A stretch of DNA of 52,343 bases from Acidimicrobiales bacterium. GTDB taxonomy: Bacteria > Actinomycetota > Acidimicrobiia > Acidimicrobiales > Ilumatobacteraceae. A program made the translations under genes and the position numbers. The stretch lies in the NCBI GenBank assembly GCA_038259945.1, contig JBBSOH010000001.1, positions 1-52,343 on the forward strand, in the 5' to 3' direction. The notes below the pieces were generated by a model, which worked only from the letters and a program-made list of their open reading frames with translations, did no database searches and was not told the origin of the DNA. Of the stretch, positions 1 through 8,459 are shown one piece after another. Position 1 is the first letter of the stretch, and every line of letters starts with the position of its first letter.

Positions 1-813
1 GGCGCATCGGCAGCCCCCGAGATCGCCACCACGACCACGATGGTCGCACCGACGACCGCAGCGCCGACCACCATCGTCGCCGAAACGACCACCACGTCGA
101 CCACCACCACCACGACGACGGTCGCTCCGGCCACGACCGAGCCGAAACCGATCCCCACCGTTGCCCCGCTCACCGAACCGCTCCAGGCCATCGGCTCGAA
201 CAGCGGTCCCGAAGCAGCACGGGTCCAGGCCCGCCTGTTCGAACTGGGCTTCTGGGTCAACGGCGCCGACGGCGACTACGGGCTCACCACGAGCCAGGCC
301 GTCATGGCGTTCCAGAAGTACATGGGCTTTCCCGATCCGTCGGGTTCCGTCGACGAACAGACAGCACAGGCCTTGACCGTCGAGACCGTCCGCCCGCAGT
401 CACGGGCGAACTCGGGCACGCTCGTCGAGATCGACAAGGGCAAGCAGGTCCTCTTCTTCGTCATCGACGGTCGAACCGAGTGGGTGTTGAACGTGTCGAC
501 CGGCAACGGTGAGGCGTACACCGAGGCCGACCAGAACACGCCGGGCGAGACCATCGACGGTGTGTCGCTCACGCCGAGCGGCCTGCACGAGGTCAACCGG
601 GAGCGTGCCGAAGGCTGGTGGGAAGGCGACCTCGGGCGCATCTACCGGCCGAAGTACTTCGTCGGTGGCGTGGCTGTCCACGGGTCGAGCAGCATCCCGA
701 ACTACCCCGCATCGCACGGCTGTGTGCGGGTCAGCGTTCCTGCGATGGACTGGATCTGGGACTCCGGCATCATGCCGCTCGACACGTCCGTCTGGGTCCA
801 CGACGGCGCCTGA
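1..813 (+). CDS. L,D-transpeptidase (YkuD family) with Thr-rich linker and peptidoglycan-binding domain; 5' end lies outside the window
   Basis: Frame is open from base 1. PG-binding motif ARVQARLFELGF..DGDYGLTTSQAVMAFQK. Catalytic VAVHG...SHGCVRV motif. Confidence 0.9.
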   Translation, partial: GASAAPEIATTTTMVAPTTAAPTTIVAETTTTSTTTTTTTVAPATTEPKPIPTVAPLTEPLQAIGSNSGPEAARVQARLFELGFWVNGADGDYGLTTSQAVMAFQKYMGFPDPSGSVDEQTAQALTVETVRPQSRANSGTLVEIDKGKQVLFFVIDGRTEWVLNVSTGNGEAYTEADQNTPGETIDGVSLTPSGLHEVNRERAEGWWEGDLGRIYRPKYFVGGVAVHGSSSIPNYPASHGCVRVSVPAMDWIWDSGIMPLDTSVWVHDGA

Positions 814-918
814 GCCGGTCCAGATCGCCCGAATACTGCGTTGCGCAGGCTCCTCACTGACGGACGTCAGCTTCGTCGCTGCGCGCCTTGTCTTCGAACG
901 ACCTGATCCCGGCTCAGG
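809..918. repeat. Long imperfect intergenic hairpin (structured repeat or MITE-like element)
   Basis: CCTGAGCCGG (809-818) and CCGGCTCAGG (909-918) are perfect inverted repeats. Nested stems GCGCAG/CTGCGC and CTGACG/CGTCAG. Confidence 0.6.
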
Positions 919-1224
919 GGATCTGATCTTCGCGACTCGGTGCTCGCCGGTCCGCTGCAGCGGTTGATCTCGTTCGTCTCGGTGAGCTTCGGATCTTCGG
1001 GGGTCCTTTCCGCTCACCTGAGGAAGCCGGGGCGCCTGGATCGGACTGGATCGTCTCGTCGAGGTTTGCGTCGGGGACGTGGGGCTGCGTCTCGTTCACC
1101 TCGTGCGCGGGCCGGACAAGGCTCGACCGCTCGTGAAGGTCTGGCGGGTCCGGTGGTGCGAGCCATCGGGAGTCGGTGGTGTTGCATCGGGAGGTCGATG
1201 ACACCGCGTGGCACGATGGGCGCC

Positions 1225-4200
1225 ATGCTGCCGGTGATTGGTGCGATTCGACCCTGGGCCGACCCGGCGGTGACGTCGATGGGTCGGCTCGCCATGGCGC
1301 CCCCCACCGCGGCGCATGAGTCGATCGATGCCGCCCGGTCAGCGGACCCGCTCGACACCGCCGACGCACCCCGGCGCGCCACCCTGAACGGAAAGTGGCA
1401 CTTCGCGCTGTTCGACCACCCCGACAACGTGCCGGCAGCGGCGATCACCGGATCGACGAGCGACCCGGTCACCACGCCGGCCGGCGCCGCCGATCCGGGT
1501 TCGACCCGTTCGGTGCCCTCGGCCTCCTGGACCAAGGTCGCCGTGCCCGGCAACTGGACGATGCAGAACGTCGTCGACCAGCACGGCCGGCCCGACCTGC
1601 CGCAGTACACGAACGTGCAGATGCCGTTCGACGGCCCGCCCCCGAACCTGCCCGACCGCAACCCGACGGGGGTGTACCGCCGATCGTTCACGGTGCCCAA
1701 GGCGTGGAACGGACGACGCGTCGTCGTCCACCTGGGTGGAGCCGAGAGCGTCCACGCGGTCTACGTCAACGGCGACTTCGTCGGGTACGGCACCGACAGC
1801 CGACTCGCGAGCGAATACGACGTCACCGATCACGTGAGGTCGGGGAAGAACGACATCGTCGTGGTCGTGGTCAAGTGGAGCGCGCACAGCTACGTCGAGG
1901 ACCAGGACCAGTGGTGGATGGGTGGACTCCACCGTGACTGCTACGTCGAAGGCCGCGCCTCCACCCGAATCGTGTCGCTCGTGTGCGACGCGGCCTACAA
2001 CCACATCTCCGGTGCCGGTCGACTGACCGTCGACTCGACCGTCGGCGGTGGCGTGCATCCTCGCAAGGGGTGGAGCATCCGCACGTCGGTCGAGACCCTG
2101 ACCGGAACGGTCGAGACGGCGTCGAGCCGGGCGACGGGCACGCCGACGACGTCGAGGAAGTCGGCGAAGCAACTCGCCGAGCCCGTCACCAGTCCGGTGC
2201 CGCATCGCTTCGCAGCTCCGATGAGGTTCACCGGATTCGAGGTGACCGCCGTGTTCGACATCGCCGACATCGCCCCGTGGTCCGCCGAGCGACCGGCCCG
2301 GTACCGGGTGTTCGTCGAACTGCTCGACCCGGACGGCGAGGTCATCGAAGTACACACCCAACTCGTCGGGTTCCGAACGATCGAGATCCGCGAACGACAG
2401 TTCTTCGTCAACGGCCAACCGATCTGGTTCTTCGGCGTCAACCGCCACGACCATCACCCGGAACGTGGAAAGGCCGTCACGGTCGACGACATGCGCGAGG
2501 ACCTGCTTGCGATGCGTCGCCACAACATCACCGCCGTGCGTACCTCCCACTACCCGAACGACCCCCGTCTGCTCGACCTGTGCGACGAGATCGGCCTCTA
2601 CGTCGTCGACGAGGCGAACATCGAAGCCCACGCCTACAACACGAGCCTGTGCCACGACGCCTCGTTCCGCAACGCTTGGGTCGACCGTGTCTCGCGCATG
2701 GTCGAGCGCGATCGGAATCACCCCTCGATCGTGATGTGGTCGCTCGGCAACGAGGCCGGCCATGGGGTCAACCACACCGCCGCCGCCGGCTTCGTGCGTC
2801 GGACCGACCCCACCCGGCCGTTGCACTACGAGCCGGCGAGCTTCCACGAAGGGTGGGTCGACGGCGGCCGCGAGTCGAGCGACGTCGTGTGCCCGATGTA
2901 CCCGACGATCGACGCCATCGTGGAGTACGGCCACGATCTCTCCGGCGACCGGCCGCTGATCATGTGCGAGTACAGCCACGCCATGGGCAACTCGAACGGA
3001 TCCCTCGCCGACTACTGGGACGCGATCCTCGCGACGCCCGGACTCCAGGGTGGGTTCATCTGGGAGTGGAAGGACCACGGACTCACCACGAAACTGCCGA
3101 ACGGGAAGAAGGGCTTCGCCTACGGCGGGCAGTTCGGTGAAGCGATCCACGACGGCAACTTCGTGGCCGACGGGATCATGGCCGCCGACCTCGTACCGCA
3201 TCCGGCCATCAGCGAAGTCGAGTGGTGCTACCGACCCGTCGCAGTCGAAGCCGTCGGTCGGTCGAAACTGAAGATCACGAACAGGCAGAGCTTCACCGAC
3301 CTCGGCGGACTCGACGCTCGCTGGCAACTCACCGTGTCCGGCGTGGTCACCGACTCGGGTGCGCTCGATGTGGACGTGGCGCCTCACGGGTCCGCCACGA
3401 TCGGGTTGCCGTGCCCGCTACCGACCGAGGCTGACTCCCACCTATCGGTCTGCTGGACCCGGCGCGACGCCACTGCGTGGGCGCCGGCAGGACACCTCGT
3501 GGCCTGGGACCAGGTCGAGTTGCGTGCACCGAAGAAGGCCAGGCGCGAACTTCCCGTGGTCGGGCCCTCGACCGGTTCCGTCGACGTCGCGAAGATCACG
3601 CCCATCTTGTCGCTGTTCCGGGCGCCCACGGACAACGACGGATACAAGTTGATGCCGGACATGACGAAGCAGCACGGCATCGGTGGGCACGCGTACTGGC
3701 ACTGGCTCGAATCCGGACTCGACACGCTCGACTCGTCGGATCCGACCGCTCTGGAGGCGCTCGGTGTCGAGCACGACCACACGGTCGAAATCGTCGACGA
3801 CGGCTCGGTCCACCACCGCCATTGCATCGTGGTGCCCGGTGCGCTCGGCGACCTCGGTCGGATCGGCACGCAGTTCGAGTTGCCGGGAGCGTTCGATCGG
3901 ATCCGCTGGCACGGACGCGGACCGGGGGAGAACTATCCCGACCGTCGACGCGGATCGATGCTCGGAATCTGGGAGGCCGGGATCGACGACCAGCCATATC
4001 TGGTCCCCCAGGAATTCGGTCTCCGCACCGACTGCCGATGGTTCGAACTGATTCGGTCAGACACCGGCGAGACCGTGCGCATCGACGTGATCGCGCCGGT
4101 CGCCCTCCACGTCTCGGCCACCCGGTTCACCGATGACGACCTCCATCGCGCAGCGCACCAGACCGACCTCACGCCACGCAAGAGGCTCGTGGTCGAGCTC

Positions 4201-4311
4201 GACGTGGCCCACCGCGGCATCGGCACCGCCAGCTGCGGACCCGACGTGCTGCCTCGGTACGAGATCCCCACGGGCAGACATCAGTGGTCCTACCGATTGA
4301 GCAGCGGATGA
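1225..4311 (+). CDS. lacZ: Beta-galactosidase, glycoside hydrolase family 2
   Basis: VPGNW, YTNVQMPF, NPTGVYRR, YVEDQDQWWMGG, GVNRHDH, RTSHYP, WSLGNE (acid/base Glu) and IMCEYSHAMGNS (nucleophile Glu). Start moved from 940 to ATG 1225 (CACGAT -10-like hexamer 7 nt upstream; 1216 is the alternative). Confidence 0.92.
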   Translation: MLPVIGAIRPWADPAVTSMGRLAMAPPTAAHESIDAARSADPLDTADAPRRATLNGKWHFALFDHPDNVPAAAITGSTSDPVTTPAGAADPGSTRSVPSASWTKVAVPGNWTMQNVVDQHGRPDLPQYTNVQMPFDGPPPNLPDRNPTGVYRRSFTVPKAWNGRRVVVHLGGAESVHAVYVNGDFVGYGTDSRLASEYDVTDHVRSGKNDIVVVVVKWSAHSYVEDQDQWWMGGLHRDCYVEGRASTRIVSLVCDAAYNHISGAGRLTVDSTVGGGVHPRKGWSIRTSVETLTGTVETASSRATGTPTTSRKSAKQLAEPVTSPVPHRFAAPMRFTGFEVTAVFDIADIAPWSAERPARYRVFVELLDPDGEVIEVHTQLVGFRTIEIRERQFFVNGQPIWFFGVNRHDHHPERGKAVTVDDMREDLLAMRRHNITAVRTSHYPNDPRLLDLCDEIGLYVVDEANIEAHAYNTSLCHDASFRNAWVDRVSRMVERDRNHPSIVMWSLGNEAGHGVNHTAAAGFVRRTDPTRPLHYEPASFHEGWVDGGRESSDVVCPMYPTIDAIVEYGHDLSGDRPLIMCEYSHAMGNSNGSLADYWDAILATPGLQGGFIWEWKDHGLTTKLPNGKKGFAYGGQFGEAIHDGNFVADGIMAADLVPHPAISEVEWCYRPVAVEAVGRSKLKITNRQSFTDLGGLDARWQLTVSGVVTDSGALDVDVAPHGSATIGLPCPLPTEADSHLSVCWTRRDATAWAPAGHLVAWDQVELRAPKKARRELPVVGPSTGSVDVAKITPILSLFRAPTDNDGYKLMPDMTKQHGIGGHAYWHWLESGLDTLDSSDPTALEALGVEHDHTVEIVDDGSVHHRHCIVVPGALGDLGRIGTQFELPGAFDRIRWHGRGPGENYPDRRRGSMLGIWEAGIDDQPYLVPQEFGLRTDCRWFELIRSDTGETVRIDVIAPVALHVSATRFTDDDLHRAAHQTDLTPRKRLVVELDVAHRGIGTASCGPDVLPRYEIPTGRHQWSYRLSSG

Positions 4312-4331
4312 CAGACCAGACCGTCGCGTCA

Positions 4332-4368
4332 ACCTCTGTTGTTCCTTCCGGGAGCGATCAACAGAGGT
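4332..4368. terminator. Hairpin between convergent lacZ and DUF2510 genes, probable bidirectional terminator
   Basis: ACCTCTGTTG...CAACAGAGGT perfect 10-bp stem in a convergent intergenic gap. Confidence 0.6.
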
Positions 4369-4372
4369 GCGG

Positions 4373-4897
4373 TCAGGGCTCGAGCTGGCCGACGACCTGA
4401 CCTGACTCGTCGGTGACCGAATCGATGCGGTCACCGACCCAGTCGAGGAACGACTTCTGGGCGAGTACCTGGAAGACGAAGTAGGCGGCGAGCAGCACGA
4501 TCGAGATGACCACCGCACGCCGGATCCACTTCGCCAACTTGTTCGTGTACTCACTGATCAGCGGTGTGACCCGGCGGACCGCCGTGGTTGCCCGATCACT
4601 GAACTGCTGGGCAGCCCGGTCGATCTCCTGACGGGCGGCCATGCGCACTTCTTCGACCATCTGTTGGGAGTCCTGGCGCGACATTCCCGCGGCGGCCTTC
4701 GTGCCCGCGCGACGACCGGCTGCCACCAGCTCGTTGTCGTCGAAGAACTCCTGCAACTGCTCGGCAGCGATCAACTCGGCGTTGCTCGGCGGAGCGCGTC
4801 GGATGTCGCTCCAGTCGAAACCGTCCCACCAGCGCAGGCTGGTCCGGCTCTGCGGATCCGGATACCAGCCGGCCCGGGGAGCATCGACGTACCGCAC
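4373..4897 (-). CDS. DUF2510 domain membrane protein
   Basis: N-terminal PRAGWYPDPQSRTSLRWWDGFDWSD matches the DUF2510 motif. Helical middle and one C-terminal TM segment. Confidence 0.8.
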   Translation of the reverse strand: MRYVDAPRAGWYPDPQSRTSLRWWDGFDWSDIRRAPPSNAELIAAEQLQEFFDDNELVAAGRRAGTKAAAGMSRQDSQQMVEEVRMAARQEIDRAAQQFSDRATTAVRRVTPLISEYTNKLAKWIRRAVVISIVLLAAYFVFQVLAQKSFLDWVGDRIDSVTDESGQVVGQLEP

Positions 4898-4957
4898 GAT
4901 CAGCGAACCGACGTCACGTCAGGGGTCGGGCTCGAGATGGCTGGACTCCCAGCGGCC

Positions 4958-5001
4958 GGGATCCGAGCGGCTGGGATCCGAGCGGACGGGATCCGAGCGG
5001 A
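4958..5001. repeat. Three tandem copies of a 15-bp unit with core GGGATCCGAGCGG
   Basis: gggatccgagcgg-ct-gggatccgagcgg-ac-gggatccgagcgg read directly. Confidence 0.8.
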
Positions 5002-5008
5002 GGAGCTC

Positions 5009-6049
5009 TCAGCGGTCACGGTGATCGTCCCGGTTCGGTTCTGGCAGCTCCACGCGATCGCCGTCGTCGGGAATCGGCAGACCGTCCTTCGGGCGGACCT
5101 CGTCGTTCGGGTCCTCGGGACGGATCGCCTCGGTGATCGCGGCGACCGTGCCGAGCAGGCCCGAGAACTCCGCCGGGATGACCAGCTTGGTGGCACGGCC
5201 ATCGCCGATGCGCTCGAGGGCGGTGAGGTACTCGATCGTGAGCACGTGCTGGTTGGTGTCGGCTTCCTTGATGCCGGTGAGGCGTGCCTTCGCCGCAGCA
5301 CCTTCACCTTCGCCGAGCAGGGTGAGCCGGAGCTTGTTCGCGCCCGCACGCAACTGGATCGCCTCGGCGTCGCCCTGAGCGTCGAGCACCGCCGCTTCCT
5401 TGCGACCCTGAGCCGAGAGCACGGCGGCCTGCTGCTCGCCGTCGGCGCGTGCGATCGCCGCCTCCTGGTAGCCCTTCGCCTCCGTGACGGTGGCACGACG
5501 GTCGCGCTCGGCACGCATCTGCGCGTGCATGGCCGACACGATGTCCGGCGGCGGATCGATCCGCTGGATCTCCACACGCACCACTCGCACGCCCCACTTG
5601 TCCGTGGCGTCGTCGAGCACCTCGCGCAACTGTGTGTTGATCGTGTCGCGCGACGTGAGCGCCTTGTCCAACTCCATGTCGCCGATCAGGTTGCGCAGGT
5701 TGGTCTGGGCGAGCTTGGTGATCGCGGTGAAGAAGTCGGCGACGTTGTAGACGAGTCGCTGCGGGTCCGTGGCCTCGTAGTAGACGACCGCGTCGACCGA
5801 CACCACGACGTTGTCCGCCGTGATCACTTCCTGTGGCGGCACGTCCACCACCTGCTCGCGCATGTCGATCAACTGCATCGTCTCGACGAACGGGAAGATC
5901 AGGCGCAGGCCCGGTTCCTCGGTCGCCTTGTACTTGCCGAGACGCTCGACGAGGCCACGTTGATACGGCCGCACGATCTTCACGGCGGTGACGAGGACGG
6001 CGAGGCCGACGAGCGCGATGACGCCGACGACGATGGCAACAGGAGTCAT
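5009..6049 (-). CDS. SPFH/band 7 (stomatin/QmcA-like) membrane protein
   Basis: N-terminal TM, VERLGKY..PGL, IDMREQVVDVPPQEVITADNV, DEATDKWG-like DDATDKWGVRVVRVEI, QMRAERDRRA. Confidence 0.93.
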   Translation of the reverse strand: MTPVAIVVGVIALVGLAVLVTAVKIVRPYQRGLVERLGKYKATEEPGLRLIFPFVETMQLIDMREQVVDVPPQEVITADNVVVSVDAVVYYEATDPQRLVYNVADFFTAITKLAQTNLRNLIGDMELDKALTSRDTINTQLREVLDDATDKWGVRVVRVEIQRIDPPPDIVSAMHAQMRAERDRRATVTEAKGYQEAAIARADGEQQAAVLSAQGRKEAAVLDAQGDAEAIQLRAGANKLRLTLLGEGEGAAAKARLTGIKEADTNQHVLTIEYLTALERIGDGRATKLVIPAEFSGLLGTVAAITEAIRPEDPNDEVRPKDGLPIPDDGDRVELPEPNRDDHRDR

Positions 6050-6621
6050 GGAGTGTTCCGATCCGTTGGTGGTTTCAGGAGGGGGCCGGTCGGCGGTGTG
6101 CCGAGGGGTCCGGTGGGTGGGCGGTCGTGGTCACCGGACACGGAAACGGGTTCGACCATCACCCGGGTGCCGTTCATCGAGCAGATCTTCACCTTCGAGC
6201 CGGCGAGGAGCGTTCCCTCGTGTTCGGTCAGAGCCCCCCAGTCCTCGCCGACCACCTTGACCCGACCACGCCGGTCGGTGTCGTCGGGGTCGATGTCAGC
6301 AGTGACGATGGCGGTCATCCCGACGAGGCGGTCGGCTCCCACCCCGGCAGGCATCGCGTTGCCGTCGACGAACCTCCGGGCGTACTTCCAGAACAGGACC
6401 CAGAGGGCCGCGCCGCCGAAGAAGAAGATCGCCCACTGGACCTCGACGGCAGCGTCGTAGAAACCGGCGAGCGACGCTGCGAACGCCGACACGGCGAACG
6501 GCAGCAAGACGAAGGAGCCGGCGAGCGCCGTCAGTTCGACCAGTGCGAACACGACCGCCACGCTCAGCCAGATCCATGGCCACACGTCGAGTGCGATCCC
6601 CAGATCGAGCACAGCGGTCAT
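6046..6621 (-). CDS. nfeD: NfeD family protein (short form, C-terminal OB fold)
   Basis: TM helices (WIWLSVAVVFALVEL), then LVGMTAIV..GRVKVVGEDWGA. Its stop overlaps the SPFH start, the classic NfeD-SPFH pair. Start set at ATG 6621 (TACGTT 7 nt upstream). Confidence 0.88.
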   Translation of the reverse strand: MTAVLDLGIALDVWPWIWLSVAVVFALVELTALAGSFVLLPFAVSAFAASLAGFYDAAVEVQWAIFFFGGAALWVLFWKYARRFVDGNAMPAGVGADRLVGMTAIVTADIDPDDTDRRGRVKVVGEDWGALTEHEGTLLAGSKVKICSMNGTRVMVEPVSVSGDHDRPPTGPLGTPPTGPLLKPPTDRNTP

Positions 6622-6850
6622 GCGTCCCAACGTAGTGCGAACCGGCGACCGATGTGACTCGAAGCACCGACCTCGACCCCACCCGGCACCACCTTCGACA
6701 CGGTTCGGCGGGGCCGTCGCAGGATCATCTGCGACATCAGCGTGGACATCGGGAGCGCAAAGTCGACCGTGGCGCCGCTGACACCAGGGCATCGACGTTT
6801 GTCATGCTCGACCGTTCCTGCAGAAAGTCGCCTCGTACTAGCTTCGCAGC

Positions 6851-8374
6851 GTGACTGAACGGCGCCGACGGGGTCCGAAGCGGACCCGCAGTGTCGTCGC
6901 CGACCAACCGCCGTTCGCCCAGCCTCGCCGTCGACTGCCCGTCACGCCGCTCGTGACCGACGACGAACTCGATGCGATCCACAACGCCTCACTGCGCGTG
7001 CTGGCCGAAACCGGGATCGACTTCCTCCACCCCGAAGCTCGACGACTGCTGGCCGTAGCAGGCGCCCGGGTCGACGGTGACCGGGTGCGCTTCGACCCGG
7101 ACATGGTGTTGGAGACGGTCGCTCACGCACCGTCGGAGTTCACGCTGCACGGCCGTCGCGCCGAGCGTGACCTGAGGATCGGTGGCGACTGGGTCACCTA
7201 TGCCTCGGTGGCCAGCGCACCCAACTACGTCGACCTCGACGGCGTTCGCCGCACGGGCGACCGAGTCGGCTACCAGGACTTCCTCCGGCTCGGCCACATG
7301 CTCAACTCGGTGCACACCTTCGCCGGCTACCCGGTCGAACCCGTCGACCTGCACGCGTCGATCCGTCACCTCGAAGCCGCCTACGACGCCCACACGCTCA
7401 CCGACAAGTCGTTCCACGTGTACTCGCTCGGCAGGCAGCGCAACCTGGACGGGATCGAGATGGCGCGCATCTCGCGCGGTGTCGACCACGACACGTTCGA
7501 ACGCGAACCGTCGCTCACATCGATCATCAACGCCTCGTCGCCACTGCGCTATGACCACCCGATGCTCGAAGGAATCATCCAGATGTCGGCGCGCAACCAG
7601 GTGATCATCATCACGCCGTTCACGCTGGCCGGAGCCATGGCGCCGATCACGCTGGCGGGCGCGCTGGTGCAGCAGAACGCCGAGGCGCTTGCCGGAATCG
7701 CCTTCACCCAGGTGGTCCGCAAGGGTGCGCCCGCGGTCTACGGCGGGTTCACCTCGAACGTGGACATGCGCTCAGGCGCCCCGGCATTCGGCACGCCCGA
7801 GTACGCCAAAGCGTGTCTGGTGGGCGGGCAACTGGCGCGTCGCTACGGCGTGCCGTACCGCTCCTCGGCGGTGAGCGCGTCGAACGCGGTCGACGCCCAA
7901 GCGGGCTACGAGACGGTGTGGGCGCTGTGGGGAGCGATCATGGGAGGCGCCAACTTCGTGATGCACGGGGCCGGTTGGATGGAGGGCGGCCTCCACGCCA
8001 GCTACGACAAGATGGTCGTCGACGCCGACCTGTTGCACATGGTGAGCAAGTTCCTCGAACCGCTCGACGTGAGCGACGATGCACTCGCCGTCGACGCGAT
8101 CGCCGGTGTCGGCCCGGCCGGTCACTTCTTCGGCGAGGCGCACACCCAGGCTCGCTACCAGACCGAGTTCTACGGGCCGATGGTCAGCGATTGGCGTAAC
8201 TGGGAGACGTGGACCGACGCCGGCCAGCCCGACGCACGCACCCGCGCCAACACGATTGCACGCAACGTCCTCGCTGAGTACGAGGCGCCGCCGATCGACG
8301 ATGCGATCCGAACCGAACTCCGCGACTTCGTCGACCGACGGGTGAGCGAAGGCGGAGTCGAAACCGATTTCTGA
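6851..8374 (+). CDS. Trimethylamine methyltransferase (MttB) superfamily protein, non-pyrrolysine, glycine betaine methyltransferase-like
   Basis: IHNASLRVLAETGI, INASSPLRYD, GAMAPITLAGALVQQNAEALAG, GGFTSNVDMRSGAPAFGTPE, HGAGWMEGGL. No in-frame amber codon. Confidence 0.92.
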   Translation: MTERRRRGPKRTRSVVADQPPFAQPRRRLPVTPLVTDDELDAIHNASLRVLAETGIDFLHPEARRLLAVAGARVDGDRVRFDPDMVLETVAHAPSEFTLHGRRAERDLRIGGDWVTYASVASAPNYVDLDGVRRTGDRVGYQDFLRLGHMLNSVHTFAGYPVEPVDLHASIRHLEAAYDAHTLTDKSFHVYSLGRQRNLDGIEMARISRGVDHDTFEREPSLTSIINASSPLRYDHPMLEGIIQMSARNQVIIITPFTLAGAMAPITLAGALVQQNAEALAGIAFTQVVRKGAPAVYGGFTSNVDMRSGAPAFGTPEYAKACLVGGQLARRYGVPYRSSAVSASNAVDAQAGYETVWALWGAIMGGANFVMHGAGWMEGGLHASYDKMVVDADLLHMVSKFLEPLDVSDDALAVDAIAGVGPAGHFFGEAHTQARYQTEFYGPMVSDWRNWETWTDAGQPDARTRANTIARNVLAEYEAPPIDDAIRTELRDFVDRRVSEGGVETDF

Positions 8375-8376
8375 CC

Positions 8377-8411
8377 GCGTCCCCGTGGGTGTCGGACACC
8401 CGCAGGGACGC
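8377..8411. repeat. REP-like palindrome, copy 1 (GGTGTCnGACACC core)
   Basis: GCGTCCCCGTGGGTGTCGGACACCCGCAGGGACGC, just after the MttB-family stop codon. Confidence 0.8.
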
Positions 8412-8459
8412 ACATCCACACGAAGGGGCAGGCACCTTCGAGAACATCCGAGGAGTGAC

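Noticed and set aside
940-1224. N-terminal extension of LacZ as given in the ORF track
   Set aside because: Arg/Ser/Gly-rich non-homologous sequence. GH2-like sequence begins near PWADP.
1339-3387. 682-aa antisense ORF and many other long overlapping ORFs (e.g. 4664-6460, 8184-10007, 19490-21226, 29382-30956)
   Set aside because: Shadow frames of well-supported genes, expected at high GC. They are Arg/Val/Gly-rich with no motifs.
4919-5011. Selenocysteine or programmed readthrough of the SPFH TGA
   Set aside because: The extension is low-complexity repeat-derived sequence, with no recognisable SECIS and no catalytic context.
6622-6850. Riboswitch (cobalamin or glycine) upstream of the MttB-family gene
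   Set aside because: Only a short GTCGCAG/CTGCGAC hairpin. No B12-box or glycine aptamer consensus, and the gene appears leaderless.
6851-8374. Pyrrolysine recoding in the MttB-family gene
   Set aside because: The ORF is uninterrupted, has no in-frame TAG, and no pyl genes are present.
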